Source: Felis catus (lineage: Eukaryota). Taken from it: a stretch of 64,000 nt of DNA. The translations under genes were made by a program, and so were the position numbers. The stretch spans positions 136,774,001 through 136,838,000 of the forward strand of contig NC_058368.1 of the NCBI RefSeq assembly GCF_018350175.1. The letters run 5' to 3'. The notes beneath the pieces were generated by a model, which saw nothing but the letters and a program-made list of their open reading frames with translations, made no database searches and had not been told where the DNA came from. Position 1 is the first letter of the stretch, and every line of letters starts with the position of its first letter. Positions 50,262 to 63,600 of the stretch are shown one piece after another.

Positions 50262-51366
50262 GATACACGCAAATGACATATCGGATAAAGGGTTAATATC
50301 CAAAATCTATAACGAACTTGTCAAACTCAACACCCAAAAAACAAATAATCCAGTGAAGAGATGGGCAGAAGACATGAACACTTTTCCAAAGAAGACATCC
50401 AGATGGCTAAACAAACACATGAAAAGATGCTCAACATCACTCATCATCAGGGAAATACAAATCAAAACCGCAATGAGATACCACCTCACACCAGTCAGAA
50501 TGGTGAAATAAACAACTCAGGAAATAACACATGTTGGTGAGGATGTAGAGAAAGGGGAGCCCTTTTGCACTGTTGGTGGGAATGCAAAATGATGCAGCCA
50601 TTCTGGAAAACAGTATGGAGGTTCCTCAAAAAGTTAAAAGTAGAACTACCCTATGACCCAGCAATTGCACTACTAGGTATTTATCTAAAGGATACAAAAA
50701 TGCGGATTCAAAAGGGCACATGCCCCCCAGTGTTTATAGCAGCACAATCAACAACAGCCAAATTATGGAAAGAGCCCAAATGTCCATCAACTGATGAATG
50801 GATAATGAAGATATGGTATGTGTATATATGTGTAAATATAAGCATGTGTGTGTGTATATATATATGTGTATATATACACACACACACACACACACACATA
50901 TATATGTATATATATATATATATGAACAATGAAATATTACTCGATCAAAACGAATGAAATCTTGCCATTTGCAACAAGGATGCAACCACAAGCATTATGT
51001 TAAGTGAATATAAGTCAATCAGAGAAATACAAATATATGACTTCACTCATGTGGAATTTAAGAAACACAACAGATGAACATAGGTGAAGAGAATGAAAAA
51101 AATAATAATAAAATAAAATATAAAATAAAAACAGAGAGGGAGGCAAATGATAAGAGACTCTTAAATATTGAGAACTGAGGGTCGATGGAGGCAAGATTGG
51201 TGGAGGGATGGGCTAAATGGGTGATGGGCATCAAGGCCACTTGGGATGAGCACAAGATGATGAACCATTAAATTCTACTTCTGAAGCCAATACTATACTC
51301 TATGTTAATAACTTGAACCAAAAAAAAAAAAAAAAAAAAAGAAAGAAAGAAAGAAAAAAGAAAAAA
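50262..51366 (+). mobile_element. 5'-truncated carnivore LINE-1 with poly(A) tail
   Basis: ORF2 C-terminal remnant [40 protein letters not shown]-rich tail 51320-51366; degenerate TSD ACAT[A/G]GTCCCT[G/A]AA at 50248-50261 and 51367-51380. Confidence 0.93.
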
Positions 51367-51725
51367 ACATGGTCCCTAAATTGTATTATTTCCTCTTTTT
51401 TCTGGGAAAAAAAAAAGGATAATCACATCTAACAACATTATTCAGGATTTCTTGAGAAATGAAAACTAGTTTTGGCAAATTCTCTTTTAAGAAAGTAGGA
51501 AATTATGTAATATTGCAACAGTGTCTTAAAAGATGAAACTTTAGCCATATTCATAGAACTTTCTCTTTTCTGACGATTTTTTTTTTAATAAGTGTTTTAT
51601 CTATTATGTAAAGGGTCAAGAAGCTAGGGGAATGGATCTCACAAAATTGTGAAACCAGTACAACAGAATTACCTAATTAGGTTGAAGTCCAGCAGAGCAC
51701 CAAGGCATTTATGTGTTAACTTCTT

Positions 51726-51936
51726 TTTTTTTTCTTTTTTACATTTATTTACTTTTGAGAGACAGAGAGGGAGACTGCAAGTGGGGGAGGGGAAGAGACA
51801 GAGGGAGATACAGAATCCAAAGCAGGATCCGAGCTGACAGCACAGAGCCCGACGCGGGGCTCGAACTCACAAACTGTGAGATCATGACGTGAGCCCAAGT
51901 TGGACGCTTAACCGACTGAGCCACCCAGGCGCCCCC
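51726..51936 (-). mobile_element. Can-SINE
   Basis: Reverse SINE; TSD TTATGTGT[T/C]AACTTCTT at 51709-51725 and 51937-51953. Confidence 0.94.
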
Positions 51937-52879
51937 TTATGTGTCAACTTCTTACAGCAGGTTACCACAAGCCTTGAGAAATTAGGGAGTACATCCTGCC
52001 ATATAGACATAGTCATCTATTTATCAGAAGAGAGAAAAAAAGAAAGGGAACAAGGGAAAGAGAGATACAATAGCCACCCCTACTTACTGTCCTTAGGGTT
52101 AAAACAAAGTTAACACCATTTCCCCCAGTCCTGGAATTCTATACATGGACCCCTTTACTTTATATGGAAAGGACAGCCACAGTCTAAAAGAGACAGAAAA
52201 ATGTCAGAAAATTTAATACAGTGCCACATTAGAACAAGGAATAAGGACCTCTTCCTTTGCATATGTGGAGAAACACTGGCATTAGAACACAATACAGCAC
52301 ATAAAGCACCTGCTTCCTCGAGTATATACACTCAACTTTTCATTCTTTATAAATGCCACACAGGATGTGACATTACACACAAGCCATGTCACCCATTCAA
52401 GGGATAATAAAAACTCAAATGGTTGGGCTAAAAATTATACTTCAGTGAATTCAGGTCATTCAAAAATCAGCACTGTTTCATATGTTTAATAATCTGTTGG
52501 GTTTCCGGTTACCACTGTCCTTTGCTTTAGAAAAGGGCCTGCCTCCAAGAAATGTGAATGTCATTTTTATTCACTGAATCAAATAAATATGCAAGATTTA
52601 GTAGCTCTGTAAAGAAGAGCTTATCTTTCACACCTGTAATGTCACATATTTATTGATATGCATTCAACATACACATATACATCTGAATAAGGATGGCAGT
52701 CGTGGACAAAAGGCTTAAGGCCTATATATTAGGTCAGTACCTATCTGTCCCTGATATTACACTCATCGAGTAATATTACTTTATTACTGCCCAGGGCCAT
52801 GCCTCGACAATTCTTCTCTCTGTAGGCACTCAACATGAAAACACCTACATGGTGTATTCAATGATAAAATAGTGCCCAA

Positions 52880-53112
52880 CATTTCTGAACTCTTATGTTT
52901 TTCCAGTCACTCTCTTCACTGCTTTCTAAAAATTATTTCATTCATGATCAGAACAACTCTATGTAAGGTAAGTATTTTATTATCTCCATTTTACAGATAA
53001 GGAACATCTGACTTAGAACAAAAGAGTTAGATAGCTTCCCTAAGGTCACACAGTTAGGATTTAAACCCAGACAGTCTGACTCCAGAGCTCTTGACCACTC
53101 ATTTATACTGCC
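52880..53112 (-). mobile_element. MIR SINE
   Basis: TATCTCCATTTTACAGATAAGGAA...AAGGTCACACAG...TTTAAACCCAGACAGTCTGACTCCAGAGC. Confidence 0.8.
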
Positions 53113-53135
53113 TGTTACTATAATCAGGTGATTTT

Positions 53136-53309
53136 ATTTGTGTTTTAATTTTGTGACAACACTTTATTTTTTTAAGTAAGCTCTACACCCAACGTGGGGC
53201 TTCAACTCAGGACCCTGAGATCAAGAGTTACATGCTCCAATGACTGAGTTAGCCAGGCATCCCTAATCAGGTAGATTTGAAAATTTTTTTTAAATTATTA
53301 TGTTTATCT

Positions 53310-53356
<47 letters not shown>

Positions 53357-53520
53357 AGTGGAGAGGCAGAGGGAGAGGGAGACAGAAACCGAAGCAGGCT
53401 CTGAGCTGTCAGCTGCGCTGTCAGCACAGAGCCTAACCCGGGGCTCAAACCCATAAACCATGAGATCCATGACCTGAGCCGAAGTCAGATGCTCAACTGA
53501 CTGAGTCACCCAGGCACCCC
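53136..53520 (-). mobile_element. Short Can-SINE (~53136-53263) plus full Can-SINE (~53279-53520) in tandem
   Basis: Two reverse SINE heads ending at 53263 and 53520; AATCAGGT(A)GATTT present three times. Confidence 0.9.
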
Positions 53521-56129
53521 AATCAGGTAGATTTTAAAGACAAAATTTCTGTTAACTTTCTACCAAAAAAAACTGGGACTTCTTAATCCTCTAATCAGGG
53601 CATCAATAACAATACAGAAGGTGCTATTCCAGTTAAGACTACCCCCTAGAAAAAGGAGCTTTTGGCCAGAAAATTTGTCATTTTCAGAAATTAGAGATAA
53701 AATAATTTGGTTTGAATCATACTGAAAGTCATTGTCCTTTCTCTCCTGATCCTGGAATGCGATATTATAACTAGATGTTTAGCAAGTGACCTCAGCCCTC
53801 AGCCCTCGAATTTCCACTATTATTCACTAATGACAAGCAAATGTCACCATTTGCTATCACATCTCCTTAATGACCATAATGCACCTAATGATATCACAGA
53901 CAAGTATATATGTGTATACCTGACATATTCCATGCATAATGGATTATGTGTTTCATTCCTATGCATGTTTATATATATATACTCACATATAAGAAAATGC
54001 TATCAAATGGAATAATATATACCTTATACCTAAACACAGCAACAACCTTTCCAAAAATTTAAAAACCTAAAGGTATTAATAAATGAATAGTTAAAATTTA
54101 AGGGGAGGGGTAGGTAGAGATTTAAAATAAAATTTAAGAGGAGAAAAGACCCATGCTGACTCAGTGGCAAGGCATCCCATTGAAAGAATATTGTAGAGCT
54201 GTTAAGGGACGCTTCAACTTATCCATTCAACCCCTTTACTTTCCTCATTATAAAAAAGTGAGCTTAGAATGATAAGGCAAACTTGGCAAAGAGCTCTTTG
54301 ACAATTTCATTATGTAAATTATATTAACTGAGCCTTCATGTATTGCCCTCTCTCTTTTTTCCCAGCTATCCAAAGTCATTTGGCACTGTAGTGGGTGTGA
54401 CTGCAGAACTATATGGATGAGGCAGAGTGGAAGAAGTTCAGAAAGAAGCCTCACTGAGAAGGGGGAATTATTCCATGTGCCCTGATTTTGACATTTGCCT
54501 AAGTGATCCTCAAAACAATGAGCCTGTTGACAGTACTCATTTTCTCATAAAATGCCCATCAATTCGGTACTCAGTGCCTCTATGCTGACTCATGCTCTGT
54601 TATTAGAACTCAAGAACAAGAAGAAAACATTAAGAGACTCCTTGAAGTCTAATGCCCTCATCCATTGATCATCAGAGGATAATACTATTCCTACAAGATG
54701 CTATTGTATGTCTTGTACAGAATAATCAGGCCATTCTTGGTAACCTCAGGATTTAAGGCAGGCTCTAAGATTATTTCCTAAAGAAATACAAATATAAGTA
54801 CAATAGATAAGTATCACAGATGTGTAACTATATGTCATTTACATACAACCAACAGGAAGGAAACCCAACCACCATAAGGTATACCACATACATAAACCTT
54901 GAGCTTTGACTCTTTACCCAACAACACTTCTTTGTATCATTGCACTGTTTTTTGGTGGAATTTTTATATAGCTGTACCCTATTACAAATAGCTACATACC
55001 TCTGGGAAAATCTTTTATTCCTTCTCTCTTATAGTTTCCAACTCAGTAAATTACAATATTTTGAACAACTCGCTCAAATAGACTGTGAGTCTATATATAA
55101 CCCTGCCTTTGGAAGACCACAAATGCTTATAATATTTTTTCTCCCTACCTGAAAATGACTACAGATTTTTTTTCCTCTTGGCTAATCAATAAGTCTTTCT
55201 CTTCTCTCACCATGGGCCACTAGAGGAAAAACTGACCACTGTGTCTGCTACATTTACCCACAAACCTGAATCAACTGAATCTGGTCTGGTGGTAGTTCTA
55301 TTGCTCCCATGGAGATTCTTGTGCACAGGTTTTATGGCTAGTGTGTTTCATTAAGACCAAAATTTCATATTCCAGGCCTGGTGGGGACAAAATAAGAATC
55401 AGACTTTTATGACACTTCAAATACAGTAGTATTTCAATCTTGTTAGTATTAATTCAGTGTGGTTTAAGGTAGTGGTGGTAAAGAGAAGAGATTTTAGAAA
55501 TGACCGTCTCAGTTAAGATGGAATTTGGTGATTACTTAGAGTAGCAGAATGCCCTGCTTATTCACCCAAGGATCTGGTCTATAAGAAAGAAGGTCAGAGA
55601 CTTGGAGAGTGACTATGTTCTCTGATTTTTGTTTTTAGAGGCTTATCAAGTAAAGGGAAACAATACATTTTGTGCTTTCTAGGATCAAGACTGAGTAAGA
55701 ACCATTTTGTTTTCATGATTTCAATGGCCAAAAAGACTTGGGGTAGAAATGTTGGTAACAAAATAGCTTAGATGCAGATAACTACTGCATCTACATCTCT
55801 AGCCCAAATATGGCCCATGGCTGCAGACCCATATATTCAACTGCTTCCTAGACATCTCCATTTGGACCCCACACACGTTCTTCACACACACCATATTCAC
55901 AACTAAGCATATCTACTGTATCTCCCTCCTTCAAGTACGGTTTAAGCTTTCTGTATTCTTGATCTTTAATGACCTAAGATCACTAAAATCACCCAAATTC
56001 CATGATCTGAATTCTACTGCCAGACCTCTTGAATATCTCAGCCTCTGTTCTAGTTCCTCTGTTCTAGTTCCTCAGTGGCTTCTTTACAAGCTTGAGTTTG
56101 AGAGCCCCCTCCCCCCTTTTTAAGTGTAA

Positions 56130-56900
56130 GAAACTATCTTTTCTGATAAAAATGTAGTAATTTAAATGTAAATTTAATCAGTATAGAAAAGTACAGAGAA
56201 GTAAAAATCATCTGAATTCTTACCACCAAGAGCTAGTTTTCCACTACTGATTTAACTAATTCTCTAGTCATTTACCTAATCTCCTCAGAATGGGCATATT
56301 TCACTATTATAAACAAAAACAGCTCATTTTCTTGACCTATGTACAAATTTCTCCTTAGGATAAATTCTTCCCAAAAGTACCAATTTAAGTTCCTACCAGA
56401 GTTGGTTGAGAATGTCTGTTGCCATGAGAATGAATATTGGTCCCTTTTAATCATCCTCATTACTGACAGGTAAAAACTATTTCATATGTTATTTACTTGC
56501 ATATTCTATTTAGTAGCAAGGCTGAACAGTTTTCCATATGCTTACTGGGCATTTGTCTTCCTTGTTTCTAGAATTGCCTTTGTAGTTTTTGTTTGTTTGT
56601 TTATCACTTATAGTTTAGAATGCATTATTTATTAAGGTTATTAACAAATTATTCATGTTTTAATTACTCTTTCTTATTTTTTTGCATCATGTTACTTAGA
56701 TTAAGGAACTCTGCCTATATTTTACTTTTTAAATTTTCTTATGGACAAATTTGTTGTCCTTTATTACATGATTCTTGACATTTATGTCATGTTCAAAAAG
56801 GTCTCCATGAGTCAAGATTACAAGAGCATTTGCCTGTTGTATTTTCACATAGTAAGATGGTTTCAGTTTTTAAACTTAAATCTTTAGTCACTTGGAATTT
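56130..56900 (-). mobile_element. Highly degenerate old L1 (L1ME-like) fragment
   Basis: AGGCTGAACAGTTTTCCATATGCTTACTGGGCATTTGTCTTCC and TTAAATCTTTAGTCACTTGGAATTTATT motifs of reverse ORF2; boundaries approximate. Confidence 0.55.
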
Positions 56901-58109
56901 ATTCTAATATGAGAATATAAGAATACCTAAAGAGTATCTTCCTATTATATATTTCTTAAGTTATATGTCTAGTCTTTCAGGCACTGATTGTTGCTTTCCC
57001 TACTATTTCTCAGAAATCTATCTGCTGATTCCTAATTTTAAGATAATCACACATAGGTTTTTGACTGCTGTGTTCTAAATCAAACAAGGCTCTAGTTAGA
57101 ACATATTTCATAGAGAGAAAAGTTTACCACAGTATAATTACAAAGGGTAGAGGGCATCTCCTGCTCCTTATCTTATAAACTATAAAAAAAAAAAACCCTA
57201 TTTATCTTTTAGTGCTAAAAACAGTACAGAGATAAAATGGATGGCCATTGAGACAGCATGTAAATTCACTACATAATGAAATATGTATCAGATATAAAAG
57301 AATCTAGTCTTAACAGTGAAGCAGTCAAGTAGTCAAAATGTTATTACAAGTAATTAGGTGGTTCAAAATATACATGGAGCCAGTGTTTCCAGGGCAACAA
57401 AACACCAAGTTTCCTACTACTTTCTACAATAATTAAATCATTTACATTTAAGTGGCACCTTCCCCATGCTTCTGAATATTGCTACACTTGTGTGATTAAA
57501 ATGCTGATCAGGAAACTGTAATTTAAAAAAAAAATATATGCAGCTGCTATACACTCATGGAAAAAAAAAAAGCCCAAAACTATTGGTACATTCTGGATGC
57601 TGTACTACATTTTTGTACTAGATTATGAAAGCATAATTAACAGTAGAAAAACTGGAAAAAAAACCTTTTCAGCAGCAATAGTTCTGATCCTCATATAGTA
57701 TTTATGAGTATCATGAGAGAATTGCTGACATGTAGTATCTCTATCATGAAGCAAAACAAAGATTAGTCGTAAAATTATCCACAATTTCATTCTTGTCCAT
57801 TGCCCATTACCCTGCACTCTGCCACAGCCTTAAGATCAGTATAACATAGATTTCATTTGTAGGCCAATTCCAGTCTGTTGGCAGTGGTCAGTATATTGCT
57901 GCATTGAGGATTCTAAGGCTGAGTCAAAACAGCTGAAATGTGTCCATGATAAAGTAGACAGGAGTAGACAACAATTGGGGTGGTACAAATATAAGTTATC
58001 TGCCATACCTATAAAAACACCGATCTCCTCTGCCCCTAAAATCTGTCCATTCAGCAAGTTCCAACATATACACCCATGCACATTACACCAACTTCCATTT
58101 GGGAAAAAT

Positions 58110-58350
58110 GGTATGGCATAGTGGCAAAAAAATTGGGCTTTAAACTCTTACAGCCTAGGTTTGACATCATGGCCAGCTACTTCCTACCTGGTGTGGGATT
58201 TTAGGTAAGATACTTAATTTTTTCTGATTCCTGATGTCCTTACCTACAATGTAAGGAAAATAAAAGGTCCACCGCAAAGGTTTTATGGCAACTCAATCAG
58301 TAACATATGATAATATGGTCAGCACTCAAAGGAGGGCTGTTGCTATTGAT
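58110..58350 (+). mobile_element. MIR SINE
   Basis: GGTATGGCATAGTGG...TAGGTAAGATACTTAAT...CCTTACCTACAATGTAAGG; boundaries approximate. Confidence 0.6.
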
Positions 58351-59163
58351 ATTATCATCCCTATGAAGTGCTGTTTTGTGGGGCCTGTTACTTTGTAGCA
58401 TCCTCTCACCCCCCAATCAAAAAACAACCACACCCATAAACAAACCCAGAAAAAGCATTTCAAAGTTCAGCACTTAACAACTCAGCAAACAGTAAATACT
58501 CACTAGATACCAGGCTCTGCTGAATGCTGGAGATACAAAGATAAATATGACAAAGCCACCCCTGGATTGCTGTTGTACACTCCATTAGAAGGCAACCAAG
58601 TACTACATGCAAACTTCTTCATTCTAGTGAACATTAATGAACTAATTCTCCGTAAGGATCGAGGGTAAGAAAATCAAGTGGATGGAAGAAAAGGAGAAGA
58701 GCGCTCCATCTTGCTGATGGAAGGGAGAATGTACACTTCACAGGAATTATCCCAGGAATGCCTGCCTCTCATAAGCTATGTGATGGTGAATTCTGTGTCA
58801 ACTTGGTTGGGCCACAGGGTATTCGGATATTTGGTTAACATGATTTTGATATGCCTGTGTAGGTGTGTCTGAATGACACAAACATTTGAAAAATAAACAG
58901 ATTGTCCTCCTCATTGTGTGGGGGTCTTATTTAATCTGTTCAAGTCCTGAAAAGAACAAAAATGGTTAAGAGAAGACTCTCTTTATCTGTCTTTGAGCTG
59001 GCACATCAGTCTTTTCTCGCCTTTCACTCAGACTGGAATTAAACCATTGGCTCTCTTGGGTCTCCAGCTTGCTGACTCACCCTGCAGATCTTGTCACTTC
59101 TGAGCCTCCACAACCACATGAGCCAACTCCTTACAATAAAACAATCTAATAAAACAATCTCTC

Positions 59164-59358
59164 GGGGTGCCTGGGTGGCTCAGTTGGTTAAGAGTCCGAC
59201 TTCAGCTCAGGTCATGATCTCACAGTTTGTGAGTTCAAGCCCCGCATCAGGCTCTGCACTGATAGTACAGAGCCTGCTTTGCATCTTCTGTCTCACCCTC
59301 TATGCCCCTTCCCAGCTTGCCTGTGCTCTCTCTCTCAAAAATAAACAAACATAAACCC
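59164..59358 (+). mobile_element. Can-SINE inserted in the MLT2 LTR
   Basis: TSD AACAATCTCTC at 59153-59163 and 59359-59369. Confidence 0.93.
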
Positions 59359-59428
59359 AACAATCTCTCAATCTCTATGTGATGGCATATAAATAATATA
59401 AAGGTATGATATTAAACAGAATCAATAA

Positions 59429-59429
<1 letters not shown>

Positions 59430-59473
<44 letters not shown>
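59430..59473. repeat. (CA)n microsatellite
   Basis: Direct reading. Confidence 0.95.
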
Positions 59474-59478
<5 letters not shown>

Positions 59479-59871
59479 AAAATGGATGAACCTTGAAGAC
59501 ATTTTTATGTGTGTGTGTATCTATTGGTTCTGTTTTCTCTGGAGAACACAGACTAATATAACCTGTAAGTACTGAATGAAACCCCTATTTGATTCAATAA
59601 TTTTCATGACTGGGTTCACTACATTACCCCACACACACTCCCCCAAAAAACACAGGTAAGGTTTATTCCTATTGGCAACAAGGTTGCCATGTTTCATGGT
59701 ATGAAAGGCACTCTGGTTTTAATACCTGTTAAAGCGTTTGTCCTTGATCATTTCCTAGGGCTTTTCTGTATTTGTAACACAGCGAATTAAAGAACATTAG
59801 ATCATAAGGTATTTGAGGCAGGAGCTCTTCAATATTTGTGCACAGTATCCAGTTTTGTGCATATTAGGAAC

Positions 59872-60162
59872 ATAAATTCAAAACAGATCAGTTATCTAAA
59901 CATAAGACCTAAACCCATGAAACTCTTAGAAGAAAACACGGGGCAAATCTTCAGGACACTGGATTTAGCAATGGATTCTTACATAAGACACTAAAAGCAT
60001 AAACAACAAAAGAAAAATCAGATAAACTGGAATTCATCAAAAGCAAATTTTGTGCATTATCGGGCATTACCAAAAGGCAAAAAAACAACTTTCAGAGTAG
60101 GAGGAAACACTTACAAATCATATATTGATAAGGGTCTAGTATTGAGAATACATAAAGAAACT
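59872..60162 (+). mobile_element. Internal L1 ORF2 fragment
   Basis: AAACTCTTAGAAGAAAACACGGGGCAAATCTTCAGGAC...GATAAACTGGAATTCATCAAAA...GATAAGGGTCTAGTA. Confidence 0.8.
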
Positions 60163-60391
60163 AAGACACAATGGAGAAACAAGTAGGTAGTAGGCTTAGA
60201 GAAGAAAATAAAGAAAAACATGGGAGAGCAATTAGACTGTGAAGAGGGCACAGACATGAAATTCGGAGCACCTTTATGAGGCTAACTATAAAAAATGCTT
60301 AAGAAAACAACAAGATTTCATGGAACAGTTGCAGATACTCATTTATTTAAGAGGCAATTATTGAACATTTATTGCATGTAGGATACTTTTT

Positions 60392-60608
60392 TTTAAATTT
60401 TTTTTAACGTTTATTTATTTTTGAGACAGAGAGAGATAGAGCATGAATGGGGGAGGGTCAGAGAGAGAGGGAGACACAGAATCTGAAACAGGCTCCAGGC
60501 TCTGAGCTGTCAGCACAGAGCCCAACGCGGGGCTCAAACTCACAGACCGCGAGATCGTGACCTGAGCCGAAGTCGGATGCTTAACCGACTGAGCCACCCA
60601 GGCGCCCC
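60392..60608 (-). mobile_element. Felid Can-SINE
   Basis: Reverse GGGGCGCCTGGGTGGCTCAGTCGGTTAAG; TSD TAGGATACTTTTT at 60379-60391 and 60611-60623. Confidence 0.95.
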
Positions 60609-63600
60609 TATAGGATACTTTTTAAGGCCTTTTGCTAATTATGATTTTATTAGACATGGTTTACTCAAAATGTAGACAATCCCATCATTTGATATCTTCA
60701 CAAAGCTAGGCCACATGTGACCAATGTAACCTGAGTGATGCAAACTAAGTGTTATCAGTGTGCAAGTCAGGGGGTTACTGCTGGATGGAAGGATCTGAAA
60801 TGGGATCATGGAGTCTGGACCCTTAATATCTGGAAGACTTTTAAAGGGAAAGGAATGAATTCCCAGGGCAAGAGCATGGCCCTTACAAAGGAAACACAAT
60901 TAATACTTGTTAAGCAAACTGAATGAGCCAGAAAAGATAATTCCATAAATGTAGGATTTTTGTTAGGCATTAGTGATACCAGGCTGGAAAATTAGGTTGG
61001 AACCAAATTATATAAACAGTCTGATCTATCTTTGAAATATGTAGCATCAAGAACAGGATTGAGCCATAAGGGGTGGTGAGGTTGGATAAACATTTTATTT
61101 GTCTTATAACTTCTAATCTAGTAAATGACAGTGGACCTACTGATGAATGTCAGAACATCTGAGTCACATAGCTTTATCACCTCAGTAAACAAAGTTTATT
61201 TTGATAGATGTCTTCTCAAACAGTTATAAAATAGGTGGCTGATAATGTCCACATTTTTATTTTACCACTGGGAATTGTAAATCCAAGGAGCCATACATAT
61301 AACTTGTAAAATACAAGCAATATCTAGTGTCTTAATTTTAAAAAGGAGCTTGGTTCTGTTAGGAAATCCAAGAATATGACTTCAAGTAGATCCATGACAT
61401 TAATGAATTTAACTAAGGTCAATACCTTATTTTAAACCAACGATTAAAATTTTGAATTGAAAGCAGGATTCTGATTTGAAATCTGTTAATGATATTTTCT
61501 CTTCTTTGAAGATTTGCTGTATACAAAATTTGAATGTGGACACCAGAAAGAAAAACAGAAAACAGGCTGGAGCTTGACACAGGATTATATTCTGTAGGAG
61601 ACAGAAGGGGAAGATAGAAGAATATAGAGGGAGAAATAATAGGCCTTGCTGTAGTAGATAAAGAAATAAACCAAAGATGTTAGACTTTTTCAAGTAAGTC
61701 ATGAAGAACAATAGAAAGGGGTGACAATTTGAAAGAATACATGTATATACCTATGCGTCAATTCCCTTAGTTTCACTGAACTGAAAAGATACTGGGTCTA
61801 GCAAATCAGATATCTGCACTGCTTCCTCTTATTTCTAAGACCCACACTTTTCTTGTCTGATGCACTCCTAATGTGTCAAGGAAGGGAGTATCTCTATCAG
61901 CTTCCCTCAAGGACCACTAGTACAGTATATACACAACTGCCTCAAATCCTAACCTTTCCCAAGGCCTGGATTTGAATGGAGGTGGCGGTCCCCAAAGTGG
62001 CACCATGTGTTTTTTCATCTTCTATGTATCTGCTGCTGACTGGGTTCATAGTTATAGGCAGAGAAATGACAAGGAAAATGTTACTGAGAAGCAGCAATTG
62101 AGAAGGAACCAGGAATGTGCTATGTGTTACAATTATGTTCATGAACCTTTCTTCATAGTAAAAAAGTGCTGAGTTTTATGGCAAAAGGGACCCCAAACCT
62201 TCCCAAACTCTGGCTCAGAGCTGTAGGGAAAGCCATCAAGAAAGCAGTACCCCTGTGTACATCGAGAAAGCTTTTAACCTTTCCAGAACATTCCGACATG
62301 TATGAGCTAAGTGATTTCTATATAACTTTCCATCTTTATTTTAAAGATGAGAAAACTGAGGTCAGCAAGGCTAAGTGACCTGACCAGGATCAGACTATAA
62401 TCATTTTCAAGAAGCACATCAAACTTCCAATTCCAGTCTAGGGCTTACTGCCAACCACATTACTTCTCTATTCTGTTTCACAATGAAATTTATTTGAAAT
62501 GTCTAAAAAATTTATCCTTAGTTGTTAAATGAGTTCAAACAATGTACAGACAAAAGAAGACAAAGTGTCAGAATTAAAAATGACGTTAATTTGCTACAGA
62601 CTTCAATCCATCATTCATTTAACAGATATTTATTGAGAGTCAGCTATGTTCCAGGCATGGATTAAGCACTAGGAATACAAAATGAGATAAGATATAATCA
62701 TTATCTTCAAAAAATTCACCTTAGATCGGTGGTTCTCTAGAAATGCATTTTGTTTGAAGTCAAAAATACCTACAGTGAAAACCCAATTTTCTGTTGCCAC
62801 ATATGCAGATATCAAAACAAATTAAAAAGAATCTGTACTATCTTGCAGTAGTAAGATATCAAGATTTTTAAAAACAATGTGTGTTCAGATGCTGCTTTCT
62901 AAATAAATATCTTGGTGAACTATGTCAATCACTACAAAATACTTGGCCAGAAAGGTTTGACATGAGAGTCCAAATGATTACTATCTAAAAAGAAAAGTAA
63001 TATTTAGAAAGAGAGAGAGAGAGAAAGGCAGGGAGAAATCTAGAGGCATTAAAAACTACTTTCACAGTGACTCCCAACTTCAAAAGCAGCTTCAGCAGTT
63101 CTCCTACTTGGTTCCAAATCTATATTATATCCAGAGACTTGAAATTAACTTTTGTTTTTATGGCAGAGAAAGACCACATTAAAAAAAAAAAGAATCAAAA
63201 AGCCAACTCCTTAAAATATGGTAATTTATAGAATCATAAACATGACAAACTTATCGTAGGACTATACCCACAACATAACCTTACTCTCAAAATCATTTTC
63301 TTCTGATCGTCGAAAAGCCCGGAAGCTTATGGACCTCTACCAACACATCAAAACAATTATTATTCTCTTTGTATCACTGAGTATTTCTGAATAGGACGTA
63401 TTCTGGTACCACTAGGGAAGGGTGATATGAACATGCCAGAAATATGAGAGTGTACTCTCAGCAAGATAAAACATACCACCACAATTTACTGATGATATAC
63501 ATTTAATCTGCCTGAATGCTTGTGGAATTAACAAATAATGTTTTTATAAGATTATGTGACATGTAAGGGAAATAAGTGTTCTTTCAGGTTGAGGGGAAGA

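Larger units (their letters stand above)
58779..59560 (+). mobile_element. MLT2 (ERV-L) solo LTR interrupted by a Can-SINE and a (CA)n tract
   Basis: Starts TGTGATGGTGAATTCTGTGTCAACTTGG, ends CTATTGGTTCTGTTTTCTCTGGAGAACACAGACTAATATA. Confidence 0.85.

Noticed and set aside
50565..50957. 130-aa ORF (also 31803-32054)
   Set aside because: Decayed L1 ORF2 C-terminal remnants running into a microsatellite
57836..58081. ORF containing YLYHPNCC, with CCCCAATTGTTG shared with MRPS27 exon 5; possible duplicated exon
   Set aside because: Only ~12 nt match, expected by chance in 64 kb; similarity does not extend
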